NCBI GenBank assembly: GCA_015066715.1
Contig: SVNU01000001.1
Coordinates: 12,318 to 76,317, forward strand
DNA: 64,000 nt
Source of the DNA: Ruminococcus sp.
GTDB taxonomy: Bacteria; Bacillota; Clostridia; Oscillospirales; Ruminococcaceae
Direction of reading: 5' to 3'
Positions 19,085 to 29,220 of this stretch are shown one piece after another. The notes under the pieces were generated by a model, which was given only the letters and a program-made list of their open reading frames with translations, ran no database searches and was not told where the DNA came from. The translations under genes were made by a program, and so were the position numbers. Positions within the stretch are counted from its first letter, which is position 1; each line of letters starts with the position of its first letter.

Positions 19085-19177
19085 ATATTTTTATGAGAAA
19101 AAAATTCATCGGACTTATCCTTCTGGCGGGGGCCCTTCCGTTTGAAAAACAGCCGATTTATTTTGCTTACATATTAT

Positions 19178-19204
19178 ATATCGTTCATTTATGGAAAGTT
19201 TAAA
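19178..19204 (-). promoter_or_regulatory. Sigma-28 (FliA) promoter of flagellin
   Basis: TTTA-N16-ACGATAT (overlapping TAAA), close to TAAA-N15/16-(G)CCGATAT. Confidence 0.6.
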
Positions 19205-19250
19205 CCCTAAATATTGCACAAATAATTATGTTTTTTTTGTGCATTTCAGA

Positions 19251-21218
19251 CTAAAATTCAATATTTTCTGCAAGTGATGAACTGCAAAGTACAGCAATAT
19301 TCTCTTTCATAAATAAATGACATTCCTGAAGCGGTTTATTCAGCACATGAACACTTTCGCCAACCTTTAAATTAATAATAGGATTTAAGGTTTTGCACTT
19401 GAGATCACATGCTTTTGCTGTTTCTTCCATCTGCATCGTAACTTCTTCAAGATTCTTTTCAAGAGTTTCCTTCTGCGCTGTCATAAACTTTGCCTGAATT
19501 TTCATTGGTTCAAGTCTTTCAAGACGTTCCTTAGGCATACGGTCTATATTTGACTCAATATAATTTATGTCCTGATTAAGCTTGAAAAGCTTTTCAGAAA
19601 CTTCCTTGAGAGAATGATTGATATTAATCTGACGTTTTATCATTTCAGGAGTACATCCAAGCACAATATCGGTTTTAAGACAGGCATTGTTGGCAGCACC
19701 TATAACATTAGCCTTAATTGACTTACCGGCAATAAGCTTGCCGCCTGTTACGGAACCTTTTTTACCCGACACATTAATGCTGTTGCCGCTTGAAAGCTCC
19801 GAATACATAACCTGATCAACATCAATATTTCCTTTGGCATATACATGGCAGTTTTCAAGGAAAATGCATTTTACATTTCCGCTGGCTCTGATAACACCTT
19901 TTCCGCCGCCGGTCATACCATGCTTTATGATAACATTTGAAGCTGATACAATATCTGCACCTTCAGCAGTTCCCATAATTGTAATATTCCCCTCTGCCTT
20001 AACAGAGAAACCTTCACGAACATCCCCCTTAATAAGAACATCACCTGCAAAATTGATATTTCCGCTTGCATTATCAACATCATTTTCAATTGTAAGAAGC
20101 TCATTTATGAGGAACGCTCCGTCCTTGAAAATAAGTTCTCCATCCTTCAAAGCGATAAGCTGTGACTTATCCTCTGTCAGTTCTGTATTTCTTCCCTGCG
20201 GTATTTTTGGCTTTTTACCCTGACGGGCTGTTACAATCTTACCGTCAATACGTTTTCCGTCAACACCCTCTACAGGATAAAAAACATCACAGATTACATC
20301 ATTCACATGAACACTCTTTACATTGTTAAGTTCCTTGTAATTGAGATTTCCATGTTCATCCTCAAGAATATTGATATTATTGTCTCTTGTGAATTTGTCA
20401 ACAACATATCCGTCCTTGCCATGAACAACCTCAACACCTCTTGCAACTTCAAAAATCTGCAAATATTTCTTTTTCTGACATATTGCTGATATTAATTTGC
20501 TGTCAATTCCGGAAATTACGGAATTTTCCTGCAAAAGATTATTTACTTTGTCTTCGCTTACCTCACTTCCGCCGTTAAGAGGAGGAATCACCATAATCCA
20601 TGCATGAAGCCTGTCCTTTGAAGCGTAAACGACATACTGTGCATCAAACGGCTTGTTTCTTGATGTTTTTCGTTTGCTTTCGCAGGCGTACTTCATTTCT
20701 TCATAAGTACTATAATCAGTTGCTTCCTTCAAAACAGACTCAAACTCATGAATATCAATATCCTTTGAAAAACTGTCGAGGTCATCTTCTACTGAATCAG
20801 AAATGATTTCTTTTAAATATTTTACGCAAAGCGACTGAATACGCTTTGTAAATACAAGAAAATCCTTCTGATTTTCATCAAAACTTATGTATTCCTCAGA
20901 TTCACTTATTTCATTAAGCTTTGTATTTGTTTCAATAATCGGCTTTAAAACATATTCAAGAGGATCAAATTTTTCTTCTGACTTATTGTAATATACATTC
21001 CACAAAAGCTTCAGAGGTGAATTTGCAAAAATTTCAAGTCTTTTCTTTATGGCATTTTCCTTGTCTTCCTGTGTTGCATAAATTTCCATCTCTGTTTCTG
21101 GCTTGTTTAATTCCTCTGCCGGTTTGACATCATCCATCATATTCTGCTGCAAATTGTTTTTTTCTGCATTATCATTGCTTTTTTTAAAAAAACCTTTTTT
21201 AAAGAAACCCAGTGCCAT
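19251..21218 (-). CDS. FapA / DUF342 family flagellar assembly protein with N-terminal extension
   Basis: IPPLNGG, VARG..G.DG, G.LNYKEL, G.NT, DVDNASGNINFAGDVLIKGDV beta-helix, C-terminal coiled coil. Confidence 0.9.
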   Translation of the reverse strand: MALGFFKKGFFKKSNDNAEKNNLQQNMMDDVKPAEELNKPETEMEIYATQEDKENAIKKRLEIFANSPLKLLWNVYYNKSEEKFDPLEYVLKPIIETNTKLNEISESEEYISFDENQKDFLVFTKRIQSLCVKYLKEIISDSVEDDLDSFSKDIDIHEFESVLKEATDYSTYEEMKYACESKRKTSRNKPFDAQYVVYASKDRLHAWIMVIPPLNGGSEVSEDKVNNLLQENSVISGIDSKLISAICQKKKYLQIFEVARGVEVVHGKDGYVVDKFTRDNNINILEDEHGNLNYKELNNVKSVHVNDVICDVFYPVEGVDGKRIDGKIVTARQGKKPKIPQGRNTELTEDKSQLIALKDGELIFKDGAFLINELLTIENDVDNASGNINFAGDVLIKGDVREGFSVKAEGNITIMGTAEGADIVSASNVIIKHGMTGGGKGVIRASGNVKCIFLENCHVYAKGNIDVDQVMYSELSSGNSINVSGKKGSVTGGKLIAGKSIKANVIGAANNACLKTDIVLGCTPEMIKRQININHSLKEVSEKLFKLNQDINYIESNIDRMPKERLERLEPMKIQAKFMTAQKETLEKNLEEVTMQMEETAKACDLKCKTLNPIINLKVGESVHVLNKPLQECHLFMKENIAVLCSSSLAENIEF

Positions 21219-21245
21219 AAATTACGCCTCCTTTACATATTTCTA

Positions 21246-21893
21246 TTAATTTCTTTGATTATTCAACGACTCTCTTTGCTTTTTAAAAAGGAACGAGCAA
21301 AGAGCATCAGAAGAATCTGCATTATCGCCGGTATATCTGCACCCATACTGGAACATGTTTTCATCCTCATTCGGAATTATTCTGACAATTTCGCACGGAA
21401 AAGTAAATTCCTTACCTATACCACGTCCGTTTGGTGTAAGCTTCAATACCAGAGACACAATGGATCCCTGAGCAAATTCAAGCTCTGATTTGAATCTTAA
21501 TCCGCTGAGACTCATATCAAGAACCTTAACATCTGCTTCCTTTGAAGGTCCTCTCTTTCTGTATATAACTTTTGCATCGAGATCCATATCAACTCGGAAA
21601 AAATTACGTCTTTCCTTGTCGGTCAATACGGAAATATTTATCATACTAAGCTCACCACGGGTAGAAGTATAAACATTACCCACAATAACCTTAAATCCCA
21701 GCTTGGTATTAAAGATATTCACCTTTAAGGCCTCACCAAAATTCATAATCCTAAGTTCTTTTTTCTTGCTGTACAGTTTAACATATTTATCTGTAACCTC
21801 TTTAACCTTACCAATTGCCATAAGAAGGTTATCCATAGTTTTGATTTCGCATACTGATTCAGCATAATCCTGCTCAATAGGCATATTAGGCAT
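21246..21893 (-). CDS. PilZ-domain c-di-GMP effector (flagellar brake-like)
   Basis: ERRNFFRV (RxxxR) and DMSLSG (DxSxxG). Confidence 0.85.
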   Translation of the reverse strand: MPNMPIEQDYAESVCEIKTMDNLLMAIGKVKEVTDKYVKLYSKKKELRIMNFGEALKVNIFNTKLGFKVIVGNVYTSTRGELSMINISVLTDKERRNFFRVDMDLDAKVIYRKRGPSKEADVKVLDMSLSGLRFKSELEFAQGSIVSLVLKLTPNGRGIGKEFTFPCEIVRIIPNEDENMFQYGCRYTGDNADSSDALCSFLFKKQRESLNNQRN

Positions 21894-21911
21894 ATCTGAT
21901 CCTCCGATTAG

Positions 21912-22217
21912 TTATTTTTTTGTTTTGTCATCACCGGTTATTTTTCTTAAATCGGCAGTACTTTTCAGAAGCTGACAATATATAGCCGCAATAACCTCGT
22001 AAAGCTCTGGCGGAATCGGACTTCCTACGTCAAGCATACACATAAGGGAAGCTGCACTGTCATCACGATAAACCGGTATTCCGTTTTGTTCTGCAATATT
22101 TATAATTTTATTTGCCACTTCACCGTATCCAGAAGCAATAATAACAGGTGCCTGGTCGGTATCAGCGTTATATTTTAAAGCAACTGCTTTATTTTTTTTG
22201 TTATTATATCCTAACAT
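21912..22217 (-). CDS. EscU/YscU/FlhB C-terminal-domain protein (FlhX-like)
   Basis: KAVALKY..APVIIASGYG.VA.KII..A...IP, IPPELYEVIA; start moved to ATG 22217. Confidence 0.85.
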   Translation of the reverse strand: MLGYNNKKNKAVALKYNADTDQAPVIIASGYGEVANKIINIAEQNGIPVYRDDSAASLMCMLDVGSPIPPELYEVIAAIYCQLLKSTADLRKITGDDKTKK

Positions 22218-23622
22218 TAATACCAGTCCTCTTCTGGGGAAGTGTCGGGAAAACTTCAACAAGGGAACGTGCCTTTTCAAGCTTACCGACTTTTATGTTT
22301 TCAAAACCATATTCCGAGAAGCTTATGCATTTTCTAAGGTCTGCCGCCAGAGAATCCAACTGTTGTTCAACCGCTGAAGGACACAAAAGCGACAGATTTA
22401 TCTTTTTGTCTCTGACAAAAAGTTCTGTTTCAAATCGTCCCACATCCGGTATATCAAAAACAAGTAGCATGTGAATTACGCGTTCAGCGTCACCGGAGGA
22501 TTTTGAATCGTTTTTTGCCTTCTTGTTATCCTCCTCATCAGGATTTATCCACATCTCTCCAAAAGCCTTGAATATTCCATCATCTATAGGAATTACAAAA
22601 TGCAAAAGCGGAGTAAAGTTACTCGGTGAAGACAAAAGCGAATGTATAACTGATTCAACACTTTCACCCTTCATCTGCATTACGCTTTCAGTATCTGTCT
22701 GCTTCTGAAGAATCTTTACAAGAGTGTCCAGAACCTTTGAATTTGATTTTCCTCTTTCAAAGCCTGTGATACAATCATAAAGCTTCTGCAGGAATTTGGT
22801 TTTCTTTTCATCCTGCGGAATAAATCTTAATACCTCACGCACTGCATCCCCAAGGAAATTCTTGTTTGTATTGTATCTCGAAAGATTATATGTAATCATT
22901 GAACAAAGGCTTGAAAGCTTGCTGCTGTACATAATACTGCGGCTTATATCCTGTATAACCTCAGCTGCTGCTTTTTTAAGCTCCGGAAAGTTTTCTTCCG
23001 CATCAGGAGCTGCAAATTTCTCTGCAAGTGTATGCAGCTTGGCTGACAGTTCTTTGTTCGGCGAAAGGGTTTCAGAAAGAAAAGTCATTGTACCTGAAAG
23101 CGCTTTAAGAATTTCCGGATTACTGTTTTCTGTATTCACAGCCTTTAACAGATTTATAACCGCTGTTTTCGCTTCAGGCGACGGATTTTCCTTTACCAAC
23201 TCACGCAAGGAATCAAACAGCTCACCCTTGAAGGCAGTCGAATCCTTTTCCTGTTTCATAAGCTCATCGACTAAATTTTCGGGTCTTACAGCAAGTTCAT
23301 TGAAAAGCTGTTCAAATTCTTCCGTGACCGGATGGTTCTGCATGGAAATTACTCCGACAATTTCCTGCAGAAGCAATATATTCTTTATAAAATTAACAGT
23401 AACCGATGGGTCCTTGAGCATATCAAGGAGAACCTCCGGCGCAATCTGTTTATCAATATTTCCGGTATTCTGCTTTAAAAGCTCTGAATCGGGTGTAGGC
23501 TTTGCAACCTTCGCCATTTCAGAGAGATCAAAAGGGGCGAGCTCCGCAGTAAGATGCTCTCTCATAGGCTGAATAATGTTTTTATTGGTTATCGGCGTTG
23601 CCGATCTTATCATATCAGCCAT
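22204..23622 (-). CDS. Second FliK-like protein (C-terminal T3S4-like domain)
   Basis: Helical N-terminus; C-terminal HFVIP..EMWI..L.FDI..VG.FE.EL.V....I.L.L pattern; adjacent to the FlhX-like gene. Confidence 0.55.
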   Translation of the reverse strand: MADMIRSATPITNKNIIQPMREHLTAELAPFDLSEMAKVAKPTPDSELLKQNTGNIDKQIAPEVLLDMLKDPSVTVNFIKNILLLQEIVGVISMQNHPVTEEFEQLFNELAVRPENLVDELMKQEKDSTAFKGELFDSLRELVKENPSPEAKTAVINLLKAVNTENSNPEILKALSGTMTFLSETLSPNKELSAKLHTLAEKFAAPDAEENFPELKKAAAEVIQDISRSIMYSSKLSSLCSMITYNLSRYNTNKNFLGDAVREVLRFIPQDEKKTKFLQKLYDCITGFERGKSNSKVLDTLVKILQKQTDTESVMQMKGESVESVIHSLLSSPSNFTPLLHFVIPIDDGIFKAFGEMWINPDEEDNKKAKNDSKSSGDAERVIHMLLVFDIPDVGRFETELFVRDKKINLSLLCPSAVEQQLDSLAADLRKCISFSEYGFENIKVGKLEKARSLVEVFPTLPQKRTGINVRI

Positions 23623-23671
23623 ATTAATCCCCCTTTCAAGAAACTCCGAAGTAAAACATAAAATTGTTTAC

Positions 23672-24424
23672 TTATTTTCTAAGGCTGTTTACCACCTGTT
23701 CAATTTCATCAGCTGTTGTAACAACTCTTGCAGAAAACTGATAAGCCTTCTGGGATACTATAACATCAGCAAATTCCTGTGCAATATCTACATTTGAACG
23801 CTCAAGCGATCTTTCATAAATGTCATACACACCCTTATTGGCAAGCTGTGCTTCACCTGAAACCTCTGTCGGAACAAAACTGTTGTAATTAGTTCTTAAA
23901 AGTCCGTATGAATTTGAAAAACCAAATACACCAAGTCTTTCCTTGAGACCTTCCGTCTGAATGCTGTTTCCTACCTTATAAGGCACCTGAATGCGTTCAT
24001 AATTACTGTCAAGTACATATGCACCATCTGCTGTAACAAGGTATGCGTCTTCAATCTGTCCCTCAATACTAAGGTCAAAGGATCCGTTTCTTGTATATTC
24101 AATCTGTCCGTTTCTTTCAATTGCGAACAGACCTTCACCGGCAATTGCAAAATCAAGCTCATAGCCCGAGTTATAGAGAGCACCCTGAGTAAAAAGTAAA
24201 TCCTGATTTGAAAGCATTACACCATGACCTGCATGAATCTTTTCATCATCTGCAAGCTCTCTGTTTATGTTTACATCCATATTTGAGTAAAGCAAATCAC
24301 GGAACTCGGATTTTGTTGCCTTGTATCCGTATGTATTTGAGTTTACAAGGTTGTGGGAAGTAATATCTATTGCATACTGATGCGCTCTGAGTCCTGACGC
24401 ACCTGTATAAAAAGCATTATTCAT
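23672..24424 (-). CDS. flgG: Flagellar basal-body rod protein FlgG-like (FlhP)
   Basis: SHNLVNSNTYGYK, DFAIAGEG, YTRNGSF, LERSNVD. Confidence 0.85.
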   Translation of the reverse strand: MNNAFYTGASGLRAHQYAIDITSHNLVNSNTYGYKATKSEFRDLLYSNMDVNINRELADDEKIHAGHGVMLSNQDLLFTQGALYNSGYELDFAIAGEGLFAIERNGQIEYTRNGSFDLSIEGQIEDAYLVTADGAYVLDSNYERIQVPYKVGNSIQTEGLKERLGVFGFSNSYGLLRTNYNSFVPTEVSGEAQLANKGVYDIYERSLERSNVDIAQEFADVIVSQKAYQFSARVVTTADEIEQVVNSLRK

Positions 24425-24449
24425 AATTTAACTCCTTAACTGAATTTTA

Positions 24450-25187
24450 TCAGGTAATACTTGAAAGTGTTGCAGCCTTTGCATTCATAGCATCAACTGT
24501 TGAAAGTGCTGTTGAGCATGCCTGTAAATTACGCTGTGCTTCAATAAGCTTTGTATATTCCTGATTCATGTCAACATTTGAACGCTCAAGTGTATTCTGA
24601 TAAACTGTCGGATTTTCGTAAATCTGCGCATTGTCAGTTACATACATTCCGTTGTCGAACTTATAAATCTGTGCGTCATCAGCAGGCATTGTAATAAGAA
24701 GCTTATCTACATATCTGTTGTTTTCGTCGTAAACATAACCTTCATTTGTTACTTTAAAATCAGCACCACCTATGTAAAGCTCACCGCTTTCACCCATAAC
24801 TCTGCCGATTCCATCAAGAACAAGATAACCCTCGTCATCAATATTGAAGTTGCCGTTTCTTGTGAGATACTGTCTTTCTTCACCGAGAATGTTGAAGAAG
24901 CCTTCACCCACAAGTGCCATATCGTATGGCCAGGATGTATCCTTGAGTGAATTTTCATCAAAATTTGTTTCAACAATATCCACAAGTGAAACCGGGTCAC
25001 CTTCACCGATATTTGTATACTTACCGTTTTCATATCTTGTAAGAAGATTATGCTCAAATGTAGACTGAACAAGCCTGCGTGACCTGTAGCCCACAGTCTG
25101 TGAATTGGTAATGTTGTTACCTATTTCGTTAATATTTCTCTGCTGCACCAGAATTCCCGATGCGGCTGTATAGAAACCTGCCAACAT
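24450..25187 (-). CDS. flgF: Flagellar basal-body rod protein FlgF-like (FlhO)
   Basis: GNNITNSQTVGY, DMALVGEGFF, LTRNGNF, LERSNVD. Confidence 0.8.
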   Translation of the reverse strand: MLAGFYTAASGILVQQRNINEIGNNITNSQTVGYRSRRLVQSTFEHNLLTRYENGKYTNIGEGDPVSLVDIVETNFDENSLKDTSWPYDMALVGEGFFNILGEERQYLTRNGNFNIDDEGYLVLDGIGRVMGESGELYIGGADFKVTNEGYVYDENNRYVDKLLITMPADDAQIYKFDNGMYVTDNAQIYENPTVYQNTLERSNVDMNQEYTKLIEAQRNLQACSTALSTVDAMNAKAATLSSIT

Positions 25188-25204
25188 ATAAATTACAATC
25201 CTTT

Positions 25205-25990
25205 CTAATTTATTATATAGCTGTTCATTTTGGATTTAAGCTTTGTAATCGCCTTTGTATTAATCTGCGATACTCTCTGAACACTGATTTCCAGTATTTT
25301 CGCTATATCAGACAAATTAAGATTTTCATAATAATAAAGTGAAATAACAAGTTTTTCTCTCTCTGACAGCTCCTCAATTGCTTCTACAAGAATTTTGTGC
25401 ATTTCATTTTTAAGTATTTTTTTTTCGGGCGTAATATCATCGAGGGTACTGCTTTCAAGAATGTTGCCCATCTGTGAAACATTCTGAATAAGCTCCTCAA
25501 ATGAAAACACTGCCGAATTTGAAATTTCGCAATTGTATTTTTCAAGCTTTTCTACCGTTATGCCAAGTTCATTTGCAATTTCCTCCTGCGTAGGCTCACG
25601 CATAAGCTTTGAACACAATGCATTGTATGTATCACTGATTCGTTTTGAATTGGCTCTGACTCTCCTTGGAATCCAGTCCTGTTTACGGATAAGGTCGATT
25701 ATACCGCCTCTTACCCTCATAAACGCATATGATTCAAACTTTACCTCTTTTGAAGGATCATATTTTTCAATGCAGTCAATCAGAATAATCATACCCTGAT
25801 TTACCATATCTTCAACCTGTGCCTGCGTTGATGCAGAACCTCTGAGCTGAAGCGCTGCAATCTTTGCAATATGCCCGTATGACATAACAAGCCTGTTGCG
25901 CAGCGATATATCGCCGCTTTCCTTGTATTTTTTAAGGAGTACTAAAAATTCTTCTTCTGACAGCTTTTCCTGTGCAGTCAACTGATTCAT
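25205..25990 (-). CDS. fliA: RNA polymerase sigma-28 factor
   Basis: RNRLV, KFESYAFMRVRGGIIDLIRKQDWIPR, LSEREKLVISLYYYE..SVQRVSQI. Confidence 0.95.
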   Translation of the reverse strand: MNQLTAQEKLSEEEFLVLLKKYKESGDISLRNRLVMSYGHIAKIAALQLRGSASTQAQVEDMVNQGMIILIDCIEKYDPSKEVKFESYAFMRVRGGIIDLIRKQDWIPRRVRANSKRISDTYNALCSKLMREPTQEEIANELGITVEKLEKYNCEISNSAVFSFEELIQNVSQMGNILESSTLDDITPEKKILKNEMHKILVEAIEELSEREKLVISLYYYENLNLSDIAKILEISVQRVSQINTKAITKLKSKMNSYIIN

Positions 25991-26059
25991 TTTTATTCCT
26001 CCTTTATATTATATTAAAAAATCAGAAATAAGGCAATACCCAAATGCAAAAAAATGTAA

Positions 26060-28126
26060 TTAAATTTCAATTGTACCCAGTGCCTGTATCTGAATATGGG
26101 CATCGATTTCGTTAAATGAAAGAACAATTACATTCGGACAGAATTGGTCAATAAGCTTTTTGTAATAAATTCTTACAATTGGTGATGTAAGAATAACAGG
26201 AATCTGAACAATATCACGTATTCTGTCAATCTGTGCAGTTGTCGCAACGATAATCTTCTGAATGCTGTCCTGATCAAGAGCAAGGTATGAACCGCTGTCC
26301 ATTTTCTTAACAGCACTCATAATAAGATTTTCAACCTTTGCATCAAGACTTATTACCTTCAGCTGCTCTGCATCAGCAAACTTATGGGAAATAGTTCTCT
26401 TAAGAGACTGACGAACATATTCGGTAAGCATATCTGTATCCTTGATTTTCGGTCCATAATCGCCGAGGGTTTCAAGAATTGTTTCCATATCTCTGACAGG
26501 AACCTGTTCCTGAAGCAGACGGCAGAGAACCTTCTGAAGATCACCGACTGTAATAGCCGCAGGAATTGTATCATTAACAATAGCTTCATTTGTTTTACGC
26601 AGATTTTCAAGCATATTGTTAATTTCCGCACGATTGACAAGCTCGTAAGCATGTGCCTTGATAATTTCCGAAAGATGAGTAATGATAACAGAAACCGGGT
26701 CAATAAGAGTATAACCAAGAAGCTCTGCCTTAACCTTTTTGTCATCACTGATCCATTTTGCCTTGATACCGAATGCCGGTTCAATTGTGTCAATACCGTC
26801 AACAGTATCATCTTCTTCTGACGGTGCAAGCGCAAGGAAATGATCAACCAGAATATCGCCTCTTGCAACCTCCTCACCCTTAATGCAGATTGAATACTGA
26901 TTCGGGTTAATAAGCCCGCTATCCTTTAACTGAACAGGAGGAATAACAATACCCATTTCAAGGGCATACTGCTTCCTGAACATAACTACACGGTCAAGGA
27001 AGTTACCGCCGCTGCCTTCGTCAACAAGCGGAATAAGACTGTATCCGAATTCAATTTTAATCTGTTCAACATTGAGAAGCTCATAAAGATTATCAATATT
27101 ACGATAGTACTCTGCTTCACTTGTAATCTGCTCTGTTGGGATTTCATCCTCAAAGTCATCGACAGCCTGCGGAATATACTGCTTCTGCTTTCTTAAGATA
27201 AGGAATCCTCCACCGATAAGAATGGCAGACATGATAATAATCTGTACCGGAGGGAATCCGATAAACATAAGGAATAAAAGCGCAATACCGCCAATCATCA
27301 GCGCAATAGGCTGTCCTGTAAACTGCTTGATAAAGTCGCTGCTCATATCCGCTTCAGATGATGAACGTGTTACAAGCATACCGGTTGAGACTGATATAAG
27401 AAGCGCAGGAATCTGCGACATAAGACCGTCACCACATGTAGCAACGCTATATGTCTGAATGATTGTCATAAAATCGCCTTCACCATTGATAAAGCCGATA
27501 ACAATACCGCCGATAAGGTTAATAAGGGTTACGACAATAGACATAATCGAGTCACCCTTAACGAACTTGGAAGCACCGTCCATAGCTCCGAAAAAGCTGG
27601 CTTCCCTCTGAATATCGGCACGTCGCTGTCTTGCAGTCTGTTCATCAATAAGTCCGGAGCTTAAATCGGCATCAATAGCCATCTGCTTACCCGGCATAGC
27701 GTCAAGGGTAAATCTCGCAGATACTTCAGCTACACGCTCTGAACCCTTGGTAATTACAAGAAACTGTACCAAAACAACAATCAGGAATATAACAAGACCT
27801 ACTACAATATCCCCTCGTATAACAAACTCACCGAAGGTCTGTACAACCTCGCCGGCATAACCGCCGTTTGTAAGAATCGAACGGGTTGACGAAATATTAA
27901 GAGCAAGTCGTAAAATAGTTGTAACAAGGAGCAAGGTCGGGAATACCGAAAAGTCCAATGCTCGTTTTACATACATGGTTATAAGAAGAATAACCAGTGA
28001 AACGCCAAGCTGCAATATAAACATAAAGTCCAGCAGTGCAGTCGGCAACGGTATAATAATTAAAAATACAACTAATACAACAAACGCTGTAACGCTGTTT
28101 GTCAGCATACTCAGTATCTTCTTCAA
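26060..28126 (-). CDS. flhA: Flagellar export protein FlhA
   Basis: FSVFPTLLL, ITKGSERVAEVSARFTLDAMPGKQMAIDADL, GAMDGASKFVKGD. Confidence 0.98.
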   Translation of the reverse strand: MKKILSMLTNSVTAFVVLVVFLIIIPLPTALLDFMFILQLGVSLVILLITMYVKRALDFSVFPTLLLVTTILRLALNISSTRSILTNGGYAGEVVQTFGEFVIRGDIVVGLVIFLIVVLVQFLVITKGSERVAEVSARFTLDAMPGKQMAIDADLSSGLIDEQTARQRRADIQREASFFGAMDGASKFVKGDSIMSIVVTLINLIGGIVIGFINGEGDFMTIIQTYSVATCGDGLMSQIPALLISVSTGMLVTRSSSEADMSSDFIKQFTGQPIALMIGGIALLFLMFIGFPPVQIIIMSAILIGGGFLILRKQKQYIPQAVDDFEDEIPTEQITSEAEYYRNIDNLYELLNVEQIKIEFGYSLIPLVDEGSGGNFLDRVVMFRKQYALEMGIVIPPVQLKDSGLINPNQYSICIKGEEVARGDILVDHFLALAPSEEDDTVDGIDTIEPAFGIKAKWISDDKKVKAELLGYTLIDPVSVIITHLSEIIKAHAYELVNRAEINNMLENLRKTNEAIVNDTIPAAITVGDLQKVLCRLLQEQVPVRDMETILETLGDYGPKIKDTDMLTEYVRQSLKRTISHKFADAEQLKVISLDAKVENLIMSAVKKMDSGSYLALDQDSIQKIIVATTAQIDRIRDIVQIPVILTSPIVRIYYKKLIDQFCPNVIVLSFNEIDAHIQIQALGTIEI

Positions 28127-29199
28127 CTCTTACTCAATTCCTTTTCTTTTAAACTGTACACATAAGCCAGCACTTCAGCAACAGGATTGTAAAATTCCGA
28201 AGGTATTTCCCTGTCGAGATCAACCTCCGCATACAACGCCCTTGCCAGCGGTTTATTCTCCATAATTGGTATATCATGCTCCTGAGCGATTTCAATAATT
28301 TTAAGCGCCATGAAATCCTCACCCTTTGCTACTATAACAGGAGCCATATTTTTTTCAGGGTCATATTTAAGCGCAACTGCATAATGGGTAGGGTTTCTGA
28401 TAACAACATTCGCTTCAGGAACCGCCTGCATCATACGCTGTCTTGACATTTGCTGCTGCTTCTGCTTAATCTGACCTTTGATTTTAGGGTCACCTTCAGT
28501 CATTTTATATTCTTCCTTGACTTCCTGTTTCGTCATACGAAGCTGCTTTTCATAACTCCACTTCTGATACATAAAGTCACCAGCTGCCACAAATGCAAAA
28601 GCAATCATTACCTTTATTGCAATATTCCAAAGCATAATGCCTATTTCCGAAACAGTCTCCGAAAGTGACATATCAATCATCTTCGGAAGCTTTAACACTT
28701 CGTCTTCAAGGGTTAAATATATTATATAAAATAAAATAATTATCTTTAAAATGGATTTAAGAAGCTCCATTATTCCTTTAAGCGAAACCATGTTCTTGAT
28801 TCCGTTCAAAGGATTCATTCTGCTGAATTTAGGTTTTAACGATTTAAAAGTAACAAGACCCTTTGTCTGTGCAACAGTTGCAATAATACTTACAACAGAC
28901 GCTATCAGCAATAACGGACCTACAGCAATCGCAAATGAAATAATACACTTTATGAATATAGACGATAGATCTGATTGATTTATCGTATCCATTGTGCCCA
29001 CAAGTGAAAAAAATGATTTTAAGCCATCCGAAAGCGTTGCTTCAATTATAGGATAATATAATCTGAAAGCTACAAAACACACAACAAGGGAAGCGGCAAT
29101 AATTATTTCCTTACTTTGAAATATATTACCTTCTTTTCGTTGGTCAGACCGTTTTTTCGGGGTGGCTTTCTCGGTTTTTTCTTCTGATGAATCCGGCAA
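28123..29199 (-). CDS. flhB: Flagellar export protein FlhB
   Basis: EKTEKATPKK, EGDP, NPTH autocleavage motif. Confidence 0.97.
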   Translation of the reverse strand: MPDSSEEKTEKATPKKRSDQRKEGNIFQSKEIIIAASLVVCFVAFRLYYPIIEATLSDGLKSFFSLVGTMDTINQSDLSSIFIKCIISFAIAVGPLLLIASVVSIIATVAQTKGLVTFKSLKPKFSRMNPLNGIKNMVSLKGIMELLKSILKIIILFYIIYLTLEDEVLKLPKMIDMSLSETVSEIGIMLWNIAIKVMIAFAFVAAGDFMYQKWSYEKQLRMTKQEVKEEYKMTEGDPKIKGQIKQKQQQMSRQRMMQAVPEANVVIRNPTHYAVALKYDPEKNMAPVIVAKGEDFMALKIIEIAQEHDIPIMENKPLARALYAEVDLDREIPSEFYNPVAEVLAYVYSLKEKELSKS

Positions 29200-29220
29200 G
29201 CCATATCCCCCCTTTTAATG

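Noticed and set aside
22796-23572. 258-aa plus-strand Ser/Phe-rich ORF
   Set aside because: Antisense shadow of the FliK-like gene.
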